Source of the DNA: Octopus sinensis
Lineage: Eukaryota
DNA: 64,000 bases
NCBI RefSeq assembly: GCF_006345805.1
Contig: NC_042999.1
Location: 132,618,001-132,682,000, forward strand
Direction: 5' to 3'
Position 1 is the first letter of the stretch, and every line of letters begins with the position of its first letter. The notes below the pieces were generated by a model. The model had not been told where the DNA came from. It was given only the letters and a program-made list of their open reading frames with translations, and searched no databases. Made by a program: the position numbers and the translations under genes. Shown here piece by piece: positions 1-14,240 of this stretch.

Positions 1-429
1 TTATTTTGCAAATATTGAGTTGGTGTGAATTATTGGCAAGAACAAGGTAAGCGACGAATCTGACAATGTTCAAAATCGGACTTGAAGAGGTGGTGGTGGT
101 GGTGGTGTTGGTGATTTTGACGGTGGAGGTCGAATTGGTTGATGCGGTGTCGGTGGTGCTTGTTGTGTTTGTGGTGGTAGTGGTGGTGGTGGTTGTGGCT
201 GCATGCAAGCCGACGTCAGTTGGAAACGAGAATAAGATTGATAAGTTATTTTTTCAATGTCTTCATTTTTCTTAAAGCCACCGTTTCTTGTATTCTTCCT
301 TGTTTTATTGTCTGCATAAAATCTTCCATTTGTCATAAGCAAATAGAAATTGTAAATTACATTTTGCCATAGATATCGATTCTATGTTATGTTGTGGAAT
401 AGCAATATGGCGGACTATTCCACGCTCGC

Positions 430-1085
430 GCACACATACACACATTCACACATGCGCCGTACTGTTTCTATCTTTCTCTTTTTTGGTCTTATCTTTCTCA
501 TTCGTATTTACAGATACACTCTCACACACAATTACAATCTCAATCACATATACACACACTCACGTACACACACACTCCTAAACACAAACTCACACACACA
601 CGCAAACACACACACAAACACACATGCGCACAGGCGCATGTACACATACGTATACACACGCATTCATATATGGTTTCTTCTTGCCCCTGTCTCTCTCTCC
701 GTGAATCATTCACATTTACATACTCATACATACGGACACACACACACACACATACACACGCACTCTCCTATGCATATGCATATATATATATATATACGTA
801 TACTGACATTCGCTCACATTCACAGACAGGTAGCCCCTCGTCGTCTGCTTAGCACTACACACACACGCGCGCGCACACACATACACACACACACCACACA
901 TACACACATGCACACACGCTCACACACACGCAATCACACTTGCTCTTCCCTTACCCACTTCGGAATCTGTCTGCTTCTCTCCATCTTTCTTTCAACGACT
1001 GTCCATTTGTGTTTTCTTCTCTCTCTGCTGCACATCTCTGTCTGTATGTGTGTCTGCCCGTCTGTCCATCTCCTCTCTTTCACTG

Positions 1086-1120
<35 letters not shown>
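430..1120. repeat. (CA)n/(TA)n/(CT)n low-complexity microsatellite block
   Basis: Directly visible cacaca/tatata/ctctct tracts; explains the HT/CV/LS-rich ORFs here. Confidence 0.9.
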
Positions 1121-1163
1121 ATTCAAGTGATCTTATTTTTTCCCGTCCATTTTTTTTTCTCAG

Positions 1164-1186
1164 GGTGAGTTCAATATCAATGTCTG
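1164..1186 (+). other. Candidate 23-nt micro-exon of an unidentified spliced transcript
   Basis: Acceptor ttttttttctcag| at 1163, sequence GGTGAGTTCAATATCAATGTCTG, donor |gttagt at 1187; upstream donor AAG|gtaagc at 46/47. No homology recognised. Confidence 0.25.
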
Positions 1187-1345
1187 GTTAGTCTCCTAAC
1201 TACTTCGGTTCGTATTCGATCACGCTTCACGCCTATCTTAGTTAATCTACTTTTTCAAACTCTTGAGCTGACCATTTCCCTTTGAGTGAAATCTCGTTAC
1301 CTAAAGCAATGCGGAGGCATATACAACATACAAACATATATTTTT

Positions 1346-1596
1346 TTTATTCTTTTACATGTTCCAGTCATTTGACTGTGGCCAATCATTTCACTGGAGC
1401 ACCGCCTTAAAGTTTTTAGTCGAAAGAAATCGACCCCAGGACTTATTCTTTTTAAGCCTAGTACTTATTCTATCGGTTCTTTTGCCGAACCACTAAGTTA
1501 TGGGGACAGGAGACAGAAACACATCATCATCGGTTGTCAAGTGAGGTGGGGGGCAAAGACAGACACAAAGACACACTCACATAAATATATATACAT

Positions 1597-1627
<31 letters not shown>

Positions 1628-1792
1628 CGACGGGCTTCTTTCAGTTTCCGTCTATCAAATCCACTCACAAGGCCTTGGTCGGCCCGAGGCAATAGTAGTA
1701 AACACTTGTCCATGGTGCCACGCAGTGGGACTGAACCCGGGACCCAGGACCATGGGGAAGCAAGCTTCTTACCACACAGTCACGCCTGCGCC
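1346..1792 (-). mobile_element. tRNA-derived SINE family A (CORE-like body), full length
   Basis: Reverse complement of head GGCGCAGGCGTGACTGTGTGGTAAG with Pol III A/B-box-like motifs, internal (TA)n, and tail ...GTCAAATGACTGGAACATGTAAAAGA; matches copies at 16501, 17475, 19646 and 48368. Confidence 0.85.
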
Positions 1793-1814
1793 TATATATA
1801 TAGGCAGATATAAG

Positions 1815-2297
1815 CAATATAAACCTAAAAAGGAAGAATTCAATCATCGCTAATTGTGATTGACGGTGCAGGGTAGCACCTACATTTCTAGAAATAAGAG
1901 GTAAAACCCCACTTAGCTGCAAAGAAGTACAAATATATGTACTGACAGGGGAACTAACCGCCCTAAAGTGAGCAAGATCATCATATTAAAATTCTAGTTT
2001 CGTTTGAAAGTTAAGCTCTTCAGGGGTGACTACTCTGTTGCTGAATACTTTGCCCAAATCCCGACTTTCAATATATAATATTTACCATATGAATCAATGG
2101 GTGATTCAGCAAAACAGTAATGTGAAAATTATAAAATTATGAAGGCAGCTATATGCAAATACAACCAAAAAGGAAAAATTGAATTGCCACTGATTGTGAC
2201 TGACGGTGTAGGATAGCATCTATATTTCTAGTAAATAAGGTAAAAAACTTCTTAGTCACAAACGAAGCACAAGCACTGACAGGGAAGCTAACCGCTA
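1815..2297. repeat. Diverged ~145-bp direct repeat pair (about 1815-1965 and 2155-2297)
   Basis: tgattgacggtgcagggtagcacctacatttctagaaataagaggtaaaa vs tgactgacggtgtaggatagcatctatatttctagtaaataaggtaaaa; both end ...actgacaggg(g)aa(g)ctaaccgc. Confidence 0.8.
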
Positions 2298-2559
2298 CAC
2301 ACACACACAAACACATACATATGTGTGTATGGGGAGGTGTATGTAAGTGTGTGTAGGCGCATGTTTGGCAGTGTGGTAAGAAGCTTGCTTCCCAACCAAA
2401 TCTTTGGGGGTCAGTCCCACTGTGTGGGAAAGTCTATATTGTTACAAGGAGGTACATGTTAACACATGGAAGATTTAATTTTGTACCTCCTTCAGTTAAT
2501 CAAGATATCCTGGCCTGAAGAGTAGTCTGCAGTATACACCTCATTTGGATATTTACCAC

Positions 2560-2770
2560 TTCCGGCGTTCCACTCGCTATAAAACACGTAGTCCGGATCA
2601 TATCTCCTCCATTCGTTAAGTCTTGTATATATTCTCTCTCTGTTTATTTTGTCTTATTTTCTCTTTCTGTTGAAGTGCATAGGCTCGAAACTTAAAAGAC
2701 CTTTCCCATTTTCCTGAGCATCAAACTATTACACCTGCTTGTTGTTTGTCTTGTGTTTTTCTGTAAATTT
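2560..2770 (+). mobile_element. Penelope-like terminal-repeat (pLTR) fragment with degenerate minimal hammerhead
   Basis: TCTTT CTGTTGA AGTGC ATAG GCTC GAAA CTT A AAAGA at 2662-2699 followed by ...ttcctgagcatcaaacta..., homologous to the GIY-YIG-linked copy at 23150. Confidence 0.6.
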
Positions 2771-2890
<120 letters not shown>

Positions 2891-2894
2891 GTAT

Positions 2895-3305
2895 TCTTTT
2901 ATTCTTTTATTCTTTTACTTGTTTCAGTCATTTGACTGCGGCCAATTTGGAGCGCCGCCTTTAGTCGAGAAGTTGACCCCAGGATTCATTTTTGCGAGCC
3001 TAGTACTTATTCTACTGGTTGTTTTGCCGAAAAAAAAGGCCAAGGTAGAAAATGCTAAAATAATTTTATAAAAAAAACACTTGAGTACCGGTTTCGTTCA
3101 TTGAGACTTTTTCAACTGTAAGTATAGAAAACAATTAAATTTTGGAAAAATTATACGAAAAGAAGAATACGGGAGTGCTGTGATAATACTCAAAAGGCTT
3201 TGTTCGGTTTGGGGCTGAATTAGAAGACTCTTGACCAAGGTACTGCGTTGTGGAATTGAACCCCAAGCCACATGGCTGGGATTCAAGTTTCTGAACTGCA
3301 CACTC
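2895..3305 (-). mobile_element. SINE family A, degenerate
   Basis: Tail cttttacttgtttcagtcatttgactgcggcc at 2910 and degenerate head ...gtggaattgaacccc... at 3250. Confidence 0.65.
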
Positions 3306-3639
3306 ACACTTGTGTCTGTAGTTGCGAACACCACTTAAATATCTCTTTATTATTTCGTGGTGTTTCTCTTCTATTGTAATCGTCAATTCTACATTTATTT
3401 TTTCGTTTTGTTTTCTGTTGTTGGGATGTACTTAATCAACTTGGATCGATTCATTGCACTAAAAATTCTTCAAAGGTAGTGCTCCAGCTTGGCCACACTC
3501 TAATGACTGAAACAAGTAAAACATAAACGATAATGTATGTATGTATGTATGTATGTATGTATGTATGTATGTATATATGTATGTATGTATGTATGTATAC
3601 ATGTACTATGTATGTATAATAATATACAGGGTATTACAG

Positions 3640-4300
3640 AATTAACTATCTATTTTAGTGAAAGCAGATGAGACCATTGCCCACATCATGAACGAATGCC
3701 CTAGACTTTCCCAAAACCACTACAAGTTGTGGCGACACGATCAGGTTGCGAAAGTGCTACATTTCTGTGCGAAAAGTGGGGGATAGAGAGAGGTATGAGC
3801 GCAAACTACAGAGAGTGGCGGACTTGCAGATTAGCAAAATCTGCTGGGAGTTCCCAATCCAAACACATCAGATACTAGAGCATAACATAGCGGTCCTAGG
3901 AGTGATGGGCAAGGTGCACCTCATATGCTCTATAGTTGATGTTGCATGCCCGTTTGATCCACGAATAGTCAAAAAAGAAAGCGAAAAGGTAGATAAATAC
4001 AACTCTCTTAAGTACGAAATATCCCGGCTATGGAATATGAAAAAGGTGAAGATAGTGCACATTATTGTTGGGTCCTTGGGAACATTATTAAAAAGCATCA
4101 AGGAAGAAAATAAAAGAAATTGTAATAGAGTGCCCAGTGGAACTTTCACAAAGGGTTTGTCTCCTTGTCATGGCCAGAATAATTAGGGAAGTATTAGATA
4201 GTTGAAAAGAACGGATAGCATGGTACCGTAGGGTGCAGGTAGCAAGCCCGCTACGCATGCAAGACACCAGGAGCTCCATCAAAACCTGTGATAAAGAGAA
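3640..4300 (+). mobile_element. R4/Dong-clade non-LTR retrotransposon 3' end (zinc knuckle + restriction-like endonuclease)
   Basis: Translates ADETIAHIMNECPRLSQNHYKLWRHDQVAKVLH then KICWEFPIQT...VDVACPFDPRIVKKESEKVDKYNSLKYEISRLWNMKKV; ends in (TAA)n at 4303. Confidence 0.85.
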
Positions 4301-4303
4301 ATG

Positions 4304-4355
<52 letters not shown>

Positions 4356-4385
4356 TAAAAAAATAAAACTACTGAATAATAATAA
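4301..4385. repeat. (TAA)n microsatellite
   Basis: Direct observation. Confidence 0.95.
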
Positions 4386-4498
4386 AATTCCTCGATGCAG
4401 TACCAGTAATGAGTACTGGGGTCGATTCATTGAACTACAATTCTTCAAGGCGGTGCCTCAGCATGGACGCAGTCTAATGACTGAAACAAGTAAAAGAT

Positions 4499-4549
<51 letters not shown>

Positions 4550-4684
4550 ATATCTTTTTCCTTTCTTTTACTTGTTTCAGTCATTGAATTGTTGCAGCTA
4601 TACCAGACCTTGAAGGGCTTTTGCAGAACGAATCGATCGAAATAATTTTATTTTATTTTATTTTTATTTTATTTTTGCTGTTTC

Positions 4685-5250
4685 TTGCTCAATCGTCTCT
4701 TGGTATAAAAGATGGTCTACACCAAATATTCTGCTCAATACCACAGATTTGCTTGTCAGTTGTTTGACCTAAACCAGTTGAGCATGTTCCTTAGTTGCTG
4801 ACGATATGTGCATCTCTGATCGCGAACAGAAGTAGTGGGGGAGCATCATACCCATGTGTTAGAGGGATTCTTTGGGGTTTGGATAGTTCACCTCAGGAAA
4901 CATGAGTGTTTCGTTCAATATCCTTAAACAACCCTTATTCGGAAATCTTTTGAGCTGTATGGGCTACTCGACCTGGAGAAAATTCTAACTGGGCTGCACC
5001 TGTAAGGTCATGAGCTGTTTATCGTGATATGAGATCAGTATGTCGCGCACATATGGTTGTGATGCATGTGCCCGGTGTACCCTTATCAGACAAGTAGTCA
5101 TGATGGGTATACTGGTCTTCGTATATTTGCACCCAGTGTCACTTTGATGGCTTGCACTGCTCTCTCACTCAACAACAAGAACAAGAACAAGAACAACAAC
5201 AACAACAAAAAACAAAAAACAAAAAAACAACAACAACAACGACAACAATA
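4685..5250 (+). mobile_element. Interspersed repeat, probably a LINE 3' UTR ending in an (AAC)n tail
   Basis: Complex sequence ending gatggcttgcactgctctctcactc(aac)n; no ORF recognised, so the class is inferred. Confidence 0.4.
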
Positions 5251-5664
5251 ATGTGTGTATACATATCTGTATAACTACATGTGCGTCAATTTATATATTT
5301 GTTTCTCTATTACTATACCGATATATCTCATTCATTTCAAACATACATATACGTGCATTCCCTCTCCCTTCTCTCATTCTTTCCACCCCTCTCTCTCTCT
5401 AGCTCTCTTTCTCTCTCTCTCTCTCTATCTATCTAGCTATATGTTTGTTATGTATGCATATATGTATGTATGTGCATATGTGTGTATGTAGACATGAATA
5501 TGCGTACACAGTGCGTATATATAATTATATATCTATATATCGGACATCCAATCTATATATCATGCTTGCTTTTTACTTTTCTTTCCATCTATTCGTGCTC
5601 CTATAGGTCGTTCTTCCATCCATCCATCCATCCATCCATCTATCTATCTATCTATCTATCTATC

Positions 5665-5719
<55 letters not shown>

Positions 5720-6427
5720 ATTTGTTTGTCTAGCTCTCACGCATTCTCTCTCTCTCTCTCTCTCTGTTTATCTATCTATCCATTTTATCTGCTGTCTGCA
5801 CTAAACCTATCCCTATAGTCACCCCTCCCCCTATACGCTGTCGTACTTACCCTTTCATAAACTCCCCCCCCCCGCCGCGGCGCATATCAGAATAATCTCC
5901 CCTTCCAGCTCACATATAACTCTTCTTCCACTCCACTCGTCAACTCTTCTTTGCATGCTGAACTTTTTATTTCTATTGCTTCCTCCCACCTCATTGAATC
6001 TCCATCTCATTCCTTTATCTCATCTCATTCGTCTCATCTCAATTTCTTGCATTTTGGACAACTTAGAATGTGGCTTAGAATTTATTACAAATAGCTTTGA
6101 AAAATAAATATATTTATAGAGAAGATTTATATACATTGATAATTTTATAGAATTTAGACCAATTCCATAAATCAGTAAATTTTATGCTACAGACTTCTTT
6201 CGTCCCCGCCTTCTCTCTCTCGTTCTCGCCCTCTCTCCCTCTCTTTCTAATTTTTCTTCTCTACCCACACACTTAAATATACACGTACATGCACATGCAC
6301 TCAGACACCCGCAATTTTGGACATGCACCCTTCTACACAAATTTGCACTTACATACATAAATACAAACATTAACGTGCACACACGTATATTCATAATATA
6401 TATGTATATACATGTCTTATATATTTG

Positions 6428-6515
<88 letters not shown>

Positions 6516-7056
6516 TCATCATCATCATAATCGTTTAACGTCCGCATTCTATGCTATATATATATATATATATTATATATATATACATAGATATATGTAT
6601 ATATATATATGTGTGTATATATGTGTATATATATGTGTGTGTGTATATATATGCATATATATATACGTGTTTGTGTGTGTGTTTGCTATATATCTTTGTA
6701 TATATATGTTCATTGTGTTTTTGGTAAATTTTATATATATATATAGAGAGAGAGAGTGAGAGAGAGAGAGAGACAGAGAGAGAAATAAACACACATACAC
6801 ACACATATACACATATGCATACATACAAGCTTAAATACACCCAAAAAGCAATCTAAGGGAAATAATTCAATGTGAGATGCATGAATTTCTCTAGCAACAA
6901 CTATTAGAGACTTTCAAGGTTTATGGGAGATAATAAACTATTGCTTTTACAGAAAATAAAATTTTCATGTCGAGGTTAAAGCTGGACCTGAAATTGTGCG
7001 TACATCATTTAGTAAATAACTATCTTTCACTCTGTATACATAGATACATACGTACA

Positions 7057-9122
7057 TGATGATGGCCGTCCACTCGTGGCCGAGTAAGACCATTGCTGAC
7101 CTTCAGGAACATTGTACGCTCTATGAATAACTTATATTTTGCATTTGCGACCACTAGTGAACTAAGGTAACACCCCTTATTTTTCGAGCACCATTCGGAG
7201 TATTCGAGCGGTTTCAAGTAGTCCTATTTTCTGCAAGTGCTCCACCCTTATTGCAGCCCCTCTTTGTTCCGTGTACTTATCAAGATTTTTATTCACTGTT
7301 TTTAGGGCTTCGATAATTATTGGTACTATTACCATCTTTTTCAGTGACCACAACTGCTTAAACTCCCAAGCTAACCTGTCATAACTATCGACTTTTCTTT
7401 CTTCCTTATCGTATACCTTGTTGTCAGCTGGACATGCTATATCTATGCTCCAGCACAGTTTGCTTTCTTTCTCAATTAACACTATGTCTGGTTTCCCATT
7501 CTCTGTCTCATTGTCGCAATGAATCATAAAATCCCAGTGTCTTTGCATTATTATTTTTGATGATGCCTTCGGGTTTATGTTCGTACCACTTTTTGCTCTG
7601 TTAGATCCATACTTGTTGCAAAGTGTCCATTGGACAAGCCCTGCTATGTTGTCATGACGTCTCTTATATAATTTCTGGGCTAGTGGCGTACATTGACTGG
7701 TAATATGCTATACGGTTTCATCATTTTGTCCACAAATTCTGCACTTATCACTTTCTGATGTGTTGTCTATTCTGTATTTCATGTAATTGGTTCTTGATAC
7801 TTGCTCTTGGGCAGCACGAATTAGAGCCCCCGTTTCCGGTTGTAAATCACTTTTAGTCACCCATGGCCATCTTTTTTCTCTGTCTTATTTTCAACATTCC
7901 TATGAAAGTGTCTTTTCTTTATCCACTTATTTTCAGTTTCATTCATGCTCAAGTCCTTCCACAGTGCTTTATCTTTGCAATCTTCCATCCTACACAAGTG
8001 ACCTTACTTCAAATAATAGCGGTTCTGTGGCATATTTTTAACATACCGTGCTATTTTGTTTTGTTCTACTCTAACGCTGTGTTCCTATCCAATAAATCCT
8101 CTTCCCCCTCCTTTTCTTGGTACATACTGTCATACTGTCTGTCTGTGTCACATTTGGGGTGGAGCATCCTAAATCTAATCAAAAACTTCCTTGTGTTTCT
8201 GTCTAAGCTGTTTAGTTCGTTCACTGTCTATACGATTACCCCCGCTCCATATCTAAGGAGTGAAACCGCCTAGGTGTTGATAGCTTCAATCTTATTCTGT
8301 CCGTTTAATTTTGACAAAATCAGTCTCAGTCTGCGCAAGTACTCCACATTAAATTTTTCAGTCAATTCTTTCTCCATCAATTTATCCATTTTCAAACTCC
8401 TCAAGTACTTATAGCCAGTCTCTTCTATCTGCTTTATAACCTCCTTACATTTAATTTTGCCTCTCTTCAAGACTAATACTACACACTTTTTCTGTCCGAA
8501 TTCTATTCTGATATCAGCATCGAGAGTATGCATCGTATCAACGAGGGAACTGACTTTGGAAAGTTTGAAGTCATCCATGAATAACAAATGATAGACTTTT
8601 TGTTGGTGGCTCTTGAATACATACCCAGCCTGGCTCTTGAATACATACCTAACCTTTGCTTTCCTTAGAATCAATGTTAGTGGTATCATGCACAGTACAA
8701 AGATCAGTGGGGACAGGCAGTCCCCTTGGAAGATGCCTCTCCTGATTTCTATTGTCCCTAAGCTTCTACCATATGCTGTCAGTTCCGTCCGCCACTTCGC
8801 CATACTTTTTCCAAGCAATCGCTCAGCATTCGATGCAATACCAAATAGGTTCATACATTCCATGACTCAAGAATGTGGGATCACATTGTATGCCTTACAA
8901 TAATCAATCAATGACATGGTTAAGTTAGTTTTCCTCTTCTTTCAGGCTCTAAGTACAGTTTTGTCTACCAGGAGTTGATCATTGGTACCTCTGCACTTAC
9001 GTTTGCACCCCTTCTGCTCATGTGGCAGGATTCAATTTTTTTCTCCAGATGACCGTCCATTGACTCTGCGACTATTCTAATCAATAATTTCCACATAAGT
9101 GTCAAGCAGGTTATCGGCCTGT

Positions 9123-9124
<2 letters not shown>
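7057..9124 (-). mobile_element. R4/Dong-clade retrotransposon, 5'-truncated and frameshifted (RT + RLE)
   Basis: Starts at NYRPITCL; ORF 8270-8863 has RRGIFQGDCLSPLIF and HLLFMDDFKL; ORF 7177-7548 has KPDIV...DIACPADN...KEERKVDSY (PD..D..K RLE). Confidence 0.9.
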
Positions 9125-9155
<31 letters not shown>

Positions 9156-9166
9156 TATTATTATTA

Positions 9167-9868
<702 letters not shown>

Positions 9869-9880
9869 TTGTATTATTAT

Positions 9881-12800
9881 TTTATGCTTGACTTTTGCTT
9901 TGCATTTGTACAAGTTGGCTCCAAGTCTCACCCAGATACCTCAAGAGACAACAAGTTAGAAGTTCATGTTGGTGTTATGCCTAGGGTGCTATATATTTAG
10001 TTTTGTACATAGTATTGTTCTAGGGAATGTTTAGGAAACCATAAGAAAATTATGTGTTTCTTTTAAAATTTGAGATTACATAGAAAGTATTTTGCGTAGG
10101 ATATGGGCAGTTCCCATGAGCATTATCTTTTGAATTTCTGCCATTTTGGGGTTTCCTGGTATCTGAGATAAGTAGCAATCAGCCCCTTTTGTTATCATTC
10201 CTAGGGCACCTATGACAACAGGTATTGTTATAGTCTTCACGTTCCACATTTTGCTAATTTCTATTTCAAGATCTTTATACTTGCTCAGTTTTGGCAGGTC
10301 TTTACAGATACGTTTATATCGATTGGGACAGTCATATCAATGAGGAGGCATGATTTTTATCTGAAGTCTTTCCATATAATGTCTGGCCTGTTTGCATCTA
10401 TCTTTCTGTCAGTTTGAATGGTGAAGTTCCAGAGGAGTGAGCTGTGATCGTTTTCAAGCACTGGAGGCGGTTTGTGTTCCCACCAGTTTTTGTCATGGGG
10501 CAGGTCCAAGTTTTTGCAAATTACGCAGTGAATATATTGTGCGTCTCTATCATGATTCTCTGTAGGCACAAGAAGACTGCACATGGAGACAACATGATCA
10601 ATGGTTTCATTTCGTTGTTGATATACACGACATGTTGGGAAGCTATAGTGCTTTAATATGTTGGCCTGGTAGTTTCTTGTAGGTAAGCACAGGTCTTGGG
10701 CTGCTATGATAAATCATTCTGTTTCTGATTTTAAGCCAGAAGCCATTACCCATTGATGGGTCAGGGCTTTGTCAATATCTGCATTATTCGCTCTCTTTGG
10801 GTATTTGCCATTGAGTTTTTCTTGCCATTTATCAGTAAGAATATCTAAGGCAGCAGTTTTAGCGCGGGTTTTCATACACTTAGCTTTTTCTCTGCTCGTT
10901 TCTAGTACGTCAAATTTTGGAATTTGTATTTGGAATTCACTTATATACTTCTTTGCTTGTTTTGTTGCTGGCTATGTTGCTTTCTTGTTTTCATGTTTTC
11001 AGACAAGTTTTAACATCCAGTCCTCAGAGATTTTCAGGTAGGTGTCTAGGCCAATTGTGGCAATCTTCATTGTTAATGCCACTTGTAAAAGTTCACGGCC
11101 TTCCTCTTTTCTTGGCAGATGAAGTTGTTCTATATCTGCCTTAGTGTGGGTCATTCTATGCATTGTCAACAATTTTCATATCTTTCTGTCAAGATTACAT
11201 ATTTCACTAATTGACCAGTTAATGATATTGAAACTGCAAGTCATGACTGGTATGGCTAAAGTATTGATCACTTCGATTCTGTTTCTTGCGTTCAACTCTG
11301 TCTTTAGTATTGCTCTCACCCTGCGATAACATTCTCTTCTGATCCTTTCCCTCATCACTGAATGTTTGATTCCATCCCCTTCAAATACCTCTAGGTATTT
11401 GTAGTTCTCCGATGGTTCTAACTTTCTTATGACATTCTTCTGGTCAAGGTTAACGTTAGATGTCTCTATCAGTTTTCATTTGATAAATGTAGCTTTTGCA
11501 CATTTATCGAGGCTAAATTGCATCCTTATGTCATCAATGAATTGTTTAACAATAGCTAGTAAATCCTGTAGTTGTTGGTCATTTTTGTAAAGAGCTTTAA
11601 ATGCAAATGAGATGATTTATATTTTTATCAAACATTTTATAACCGTATTGTACATCATTGAGTAATTTCGAGAGAGGTAGACAAAATAGAGAGGCTAGAC
11701 AAAAGAGGAGTGGTGATTGGGAGTCACCCTGGAAAATGTCACATGAAATTGTTACATCTCCAGCATTAAAAGATTCATTGCCATCGTTCAAAGTCAGTGT
11801 GGTTCTCCATGATCTCATACTTACAAACAAAGAGTAGGAGCTATTTTATACATTTTGAGACATTTCTTAATCCAGCTATGTGGTTGGCTATCAAAAGCTT
11901 TTTATAGTCTATTCAGGCTATTGACAAGTTTTTGTGTCGTTAGCGACAATCTTCCAAGATCATTTTATTGATGAGTAGCTGATCTTTACAACCATAGGAT
12001 GGATCCACATTTACACCCTTTTTGCTCATTAGGGAATATGCCACTTTCTATTAAAAAACTACAGATATATTCAGCCAGGACAGATTTTAGCGTTTTATAC
12101 ATTGTTGTTCAGCAGGTTATGGGTCGATAATTTTTTGGTTAATTTGTTTCTTCATTTTTTGGAAGTAGGAATGTCAAGGCATTAATTAGCCAGGAGGGAA
12201 TCATACTAGGATGTTGCAAAACATGGTTATAAAGTTTTGTTAGCAGTTCATGGCTCTCTGGGAAGGCATTCAACAAGAATGTAGGAATTTTATCCTTTCC
12301 TGGAGACGTCCATTTGCTTGACCTCCTGAGAGCAGATCTTACATCCTCTAACTTGACACCCTCCCACTTTTGCTCTTCTAAGGATTAAATTTTTTCTTTA
12401 ATTTTCGGGTATTTGTAGGTTTGTCAAACTTGAGGTGTTTTAAACATTCTATGTCAAACCTAAGTAGCTTAATTTGGTGTTCTTGTCAAGAAGGCTTTTT
12501 TGTGGGAATGTTGTCGTTTTCTAATCTTTTCACCATATAGAATCGTTGAAATTTTTGCGGATGCATATTACAGATGGCTGAGATCTGTAATATTAAAATC
12601 ATTATCTGAAATTACATCCTTATGTGCAAGGCGGATTTTATCAATTATTTTCAGGTTTTGGTTAGAGTTGCGAATTTTTGGGAGAGTATCGCGTTCATGC
12701 ATACTGGTTTCTTTAATTTTCTGCCATTCAATCATGATTTGACTTTTTAGATCATGGGTCAATTTCTGTGTGACTTTCTTCATCTATTTGATTTTCATCT

Positions 12801-13300
12801 GCCTTAATGTTTATGGTTGGTTCAGAGAGTATTTCACTTTGCCTATCAGTGATATTAACTCTTTCAATCATTATTGCATTATCATCAGCCTTGGGCTGGT
12901 CTATGATTATTTCCTCTGTAGTATCTTCTTTAGTTGCAGCTTCGTTCTTCTATCTCTTTCCCTTTGTTTAATTTGGTCAATCTCTACTTCAGTTAGTAAT
13001 TTCTTTTTAATAATGTTTCTTCTGACGTTGGCAAGTTTGTTTCTATCTATGAAGGGTCTTACTTCAAGGTGCTTCTGTCTCCAGTTTAAGTAGGTTTGTA
13101 CAGTATTTGATTTATTTTGGGGAAAATATATGGCATGGTAGAAGGCCGTAAGAACTTCTTTATTATCTTCCCTGGACCATTTTTCATTCTTTTTCTTTTG
13201 GCTATTTCATGACGAGCATGGGTGGCTATCTGTTGGAATATTCTGGTTGTAGGGTACTTCTAGCTCCTATGTGTCGGGAAGATTTGAACCAGTAGCTGAT
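9881..13300 (-). mobile_element. Near full-length degenerate R4/Dong-clade retrotransposon
   Basis: N-terminal ...WSREDNKEVLTAFYHA... near 13180, RT motif DIFQGDSQSPLLFCL (11597-11830), ...RVRAILKTELNARNRIEVINTLAIPV..., RLE LLWNFTIQTDRKIDANRPDII (10357-10584); 3' end runs into (TAA)/(CAA)n. Confidence 0.88.
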
Positions 13301-13811
13301 TTTTTGGCTCGAATCTGGTTCATCATTCGAGTAAGGTGGCAACAAGCTGGCAGAATGATTACCGCGTTGGGAAAATACTTAACGCCATTACTTCCGGTTC
13401 TTTACATTCTGAGTTCAAACGCCGTTGTGGTTGACTTTACCTTTCATTCTTTCGTGGTCGCTAAAATAAAGTACTAATCAAGGAATTAGATCAATATAGT
13501 CGACTTCCCTTCCCCTCAAAATTGCAGTCTTTGTGCTAATAGTAAAAATAATTATTATTGTTAATGCCAGAGGGTTGACAGGATTAAGACTTTGCGGACA
13601 AAAATGAAAATGTTATGTAGTATTTCGTTGCGTCTCCTTTCTGAGTTCAAATTCTTGACAAGTGAATGTTGTCTATCACAATTCTTTGGTTGTTGAAATA
13701 TGCACCAGCAAAGTTCTGTAACCAATTTATTTGCCAATTTTCTTCTTTACAATATCTCGACCTTGGATCAAAATCATCATCAACATCATTGTCATCATTA
13801 TTATCATCAAA

Positions 13812-14240
13812 GGGCGGTGAGCTGGCAGAATCGTTAGCACGCCGGGCAAAATGCTTAGCGGCATTTCGTCCTTCCTTACGTTCTGCGTTCAAGTGCTGCC
13901 GAGGTCGACTTTGCTTTTCATCCTTTCGGAGTCAATAAATTGAGTACCAGTTGAGCACTGGGGGTCGATGTAATCGACTTAACCCCATCTCCAAAGTTTT
14001 AGGCCTTGTGCCTGTAGTAGACAGGATTATTATCATCAAAAGGCGGCGAGCTGGCAGAATCGTTGATACGCCGGAAAAGATACTTAGCGATACTTGTTCT
14101 GCCTTTACGTTCTGACTTCAAATTTCTCCGCGGTTGACTTTGCCTTTAGTCATTTCGGTTAAGCACTTGGGTCAATGTAGTCGATTTTCTCTTCCCCCAA
14201 ATTTCAAGCCTTGTGTCTATCATAGAATGAATCATTATCA
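13812..14240 (+). mobile_element. Two tandem SINE family B copies with tail type 2
   Basis: Heads ggcgg(t/c)gagctggcagaatcgtt at 13812 and 14042; tails ...ggccttgtgcctgtagtagacaggattattatcatc; more degenerate copies at 13330-13555 and 15300-15440. Confidence 0.85.

Noticed and set aside
66-342. Pro-rich (minus) and Val-rich (plus) ORFs
   Set aside because: Derived from a (GGT)n low-complexity tract; no domain recognised.
1850-2285. C/D snoRNA interpretation of the direct repeats (GTGATTGA...CTGA)
   Set aside because: The C box does not match RTGATGA and there is no terminal stem.
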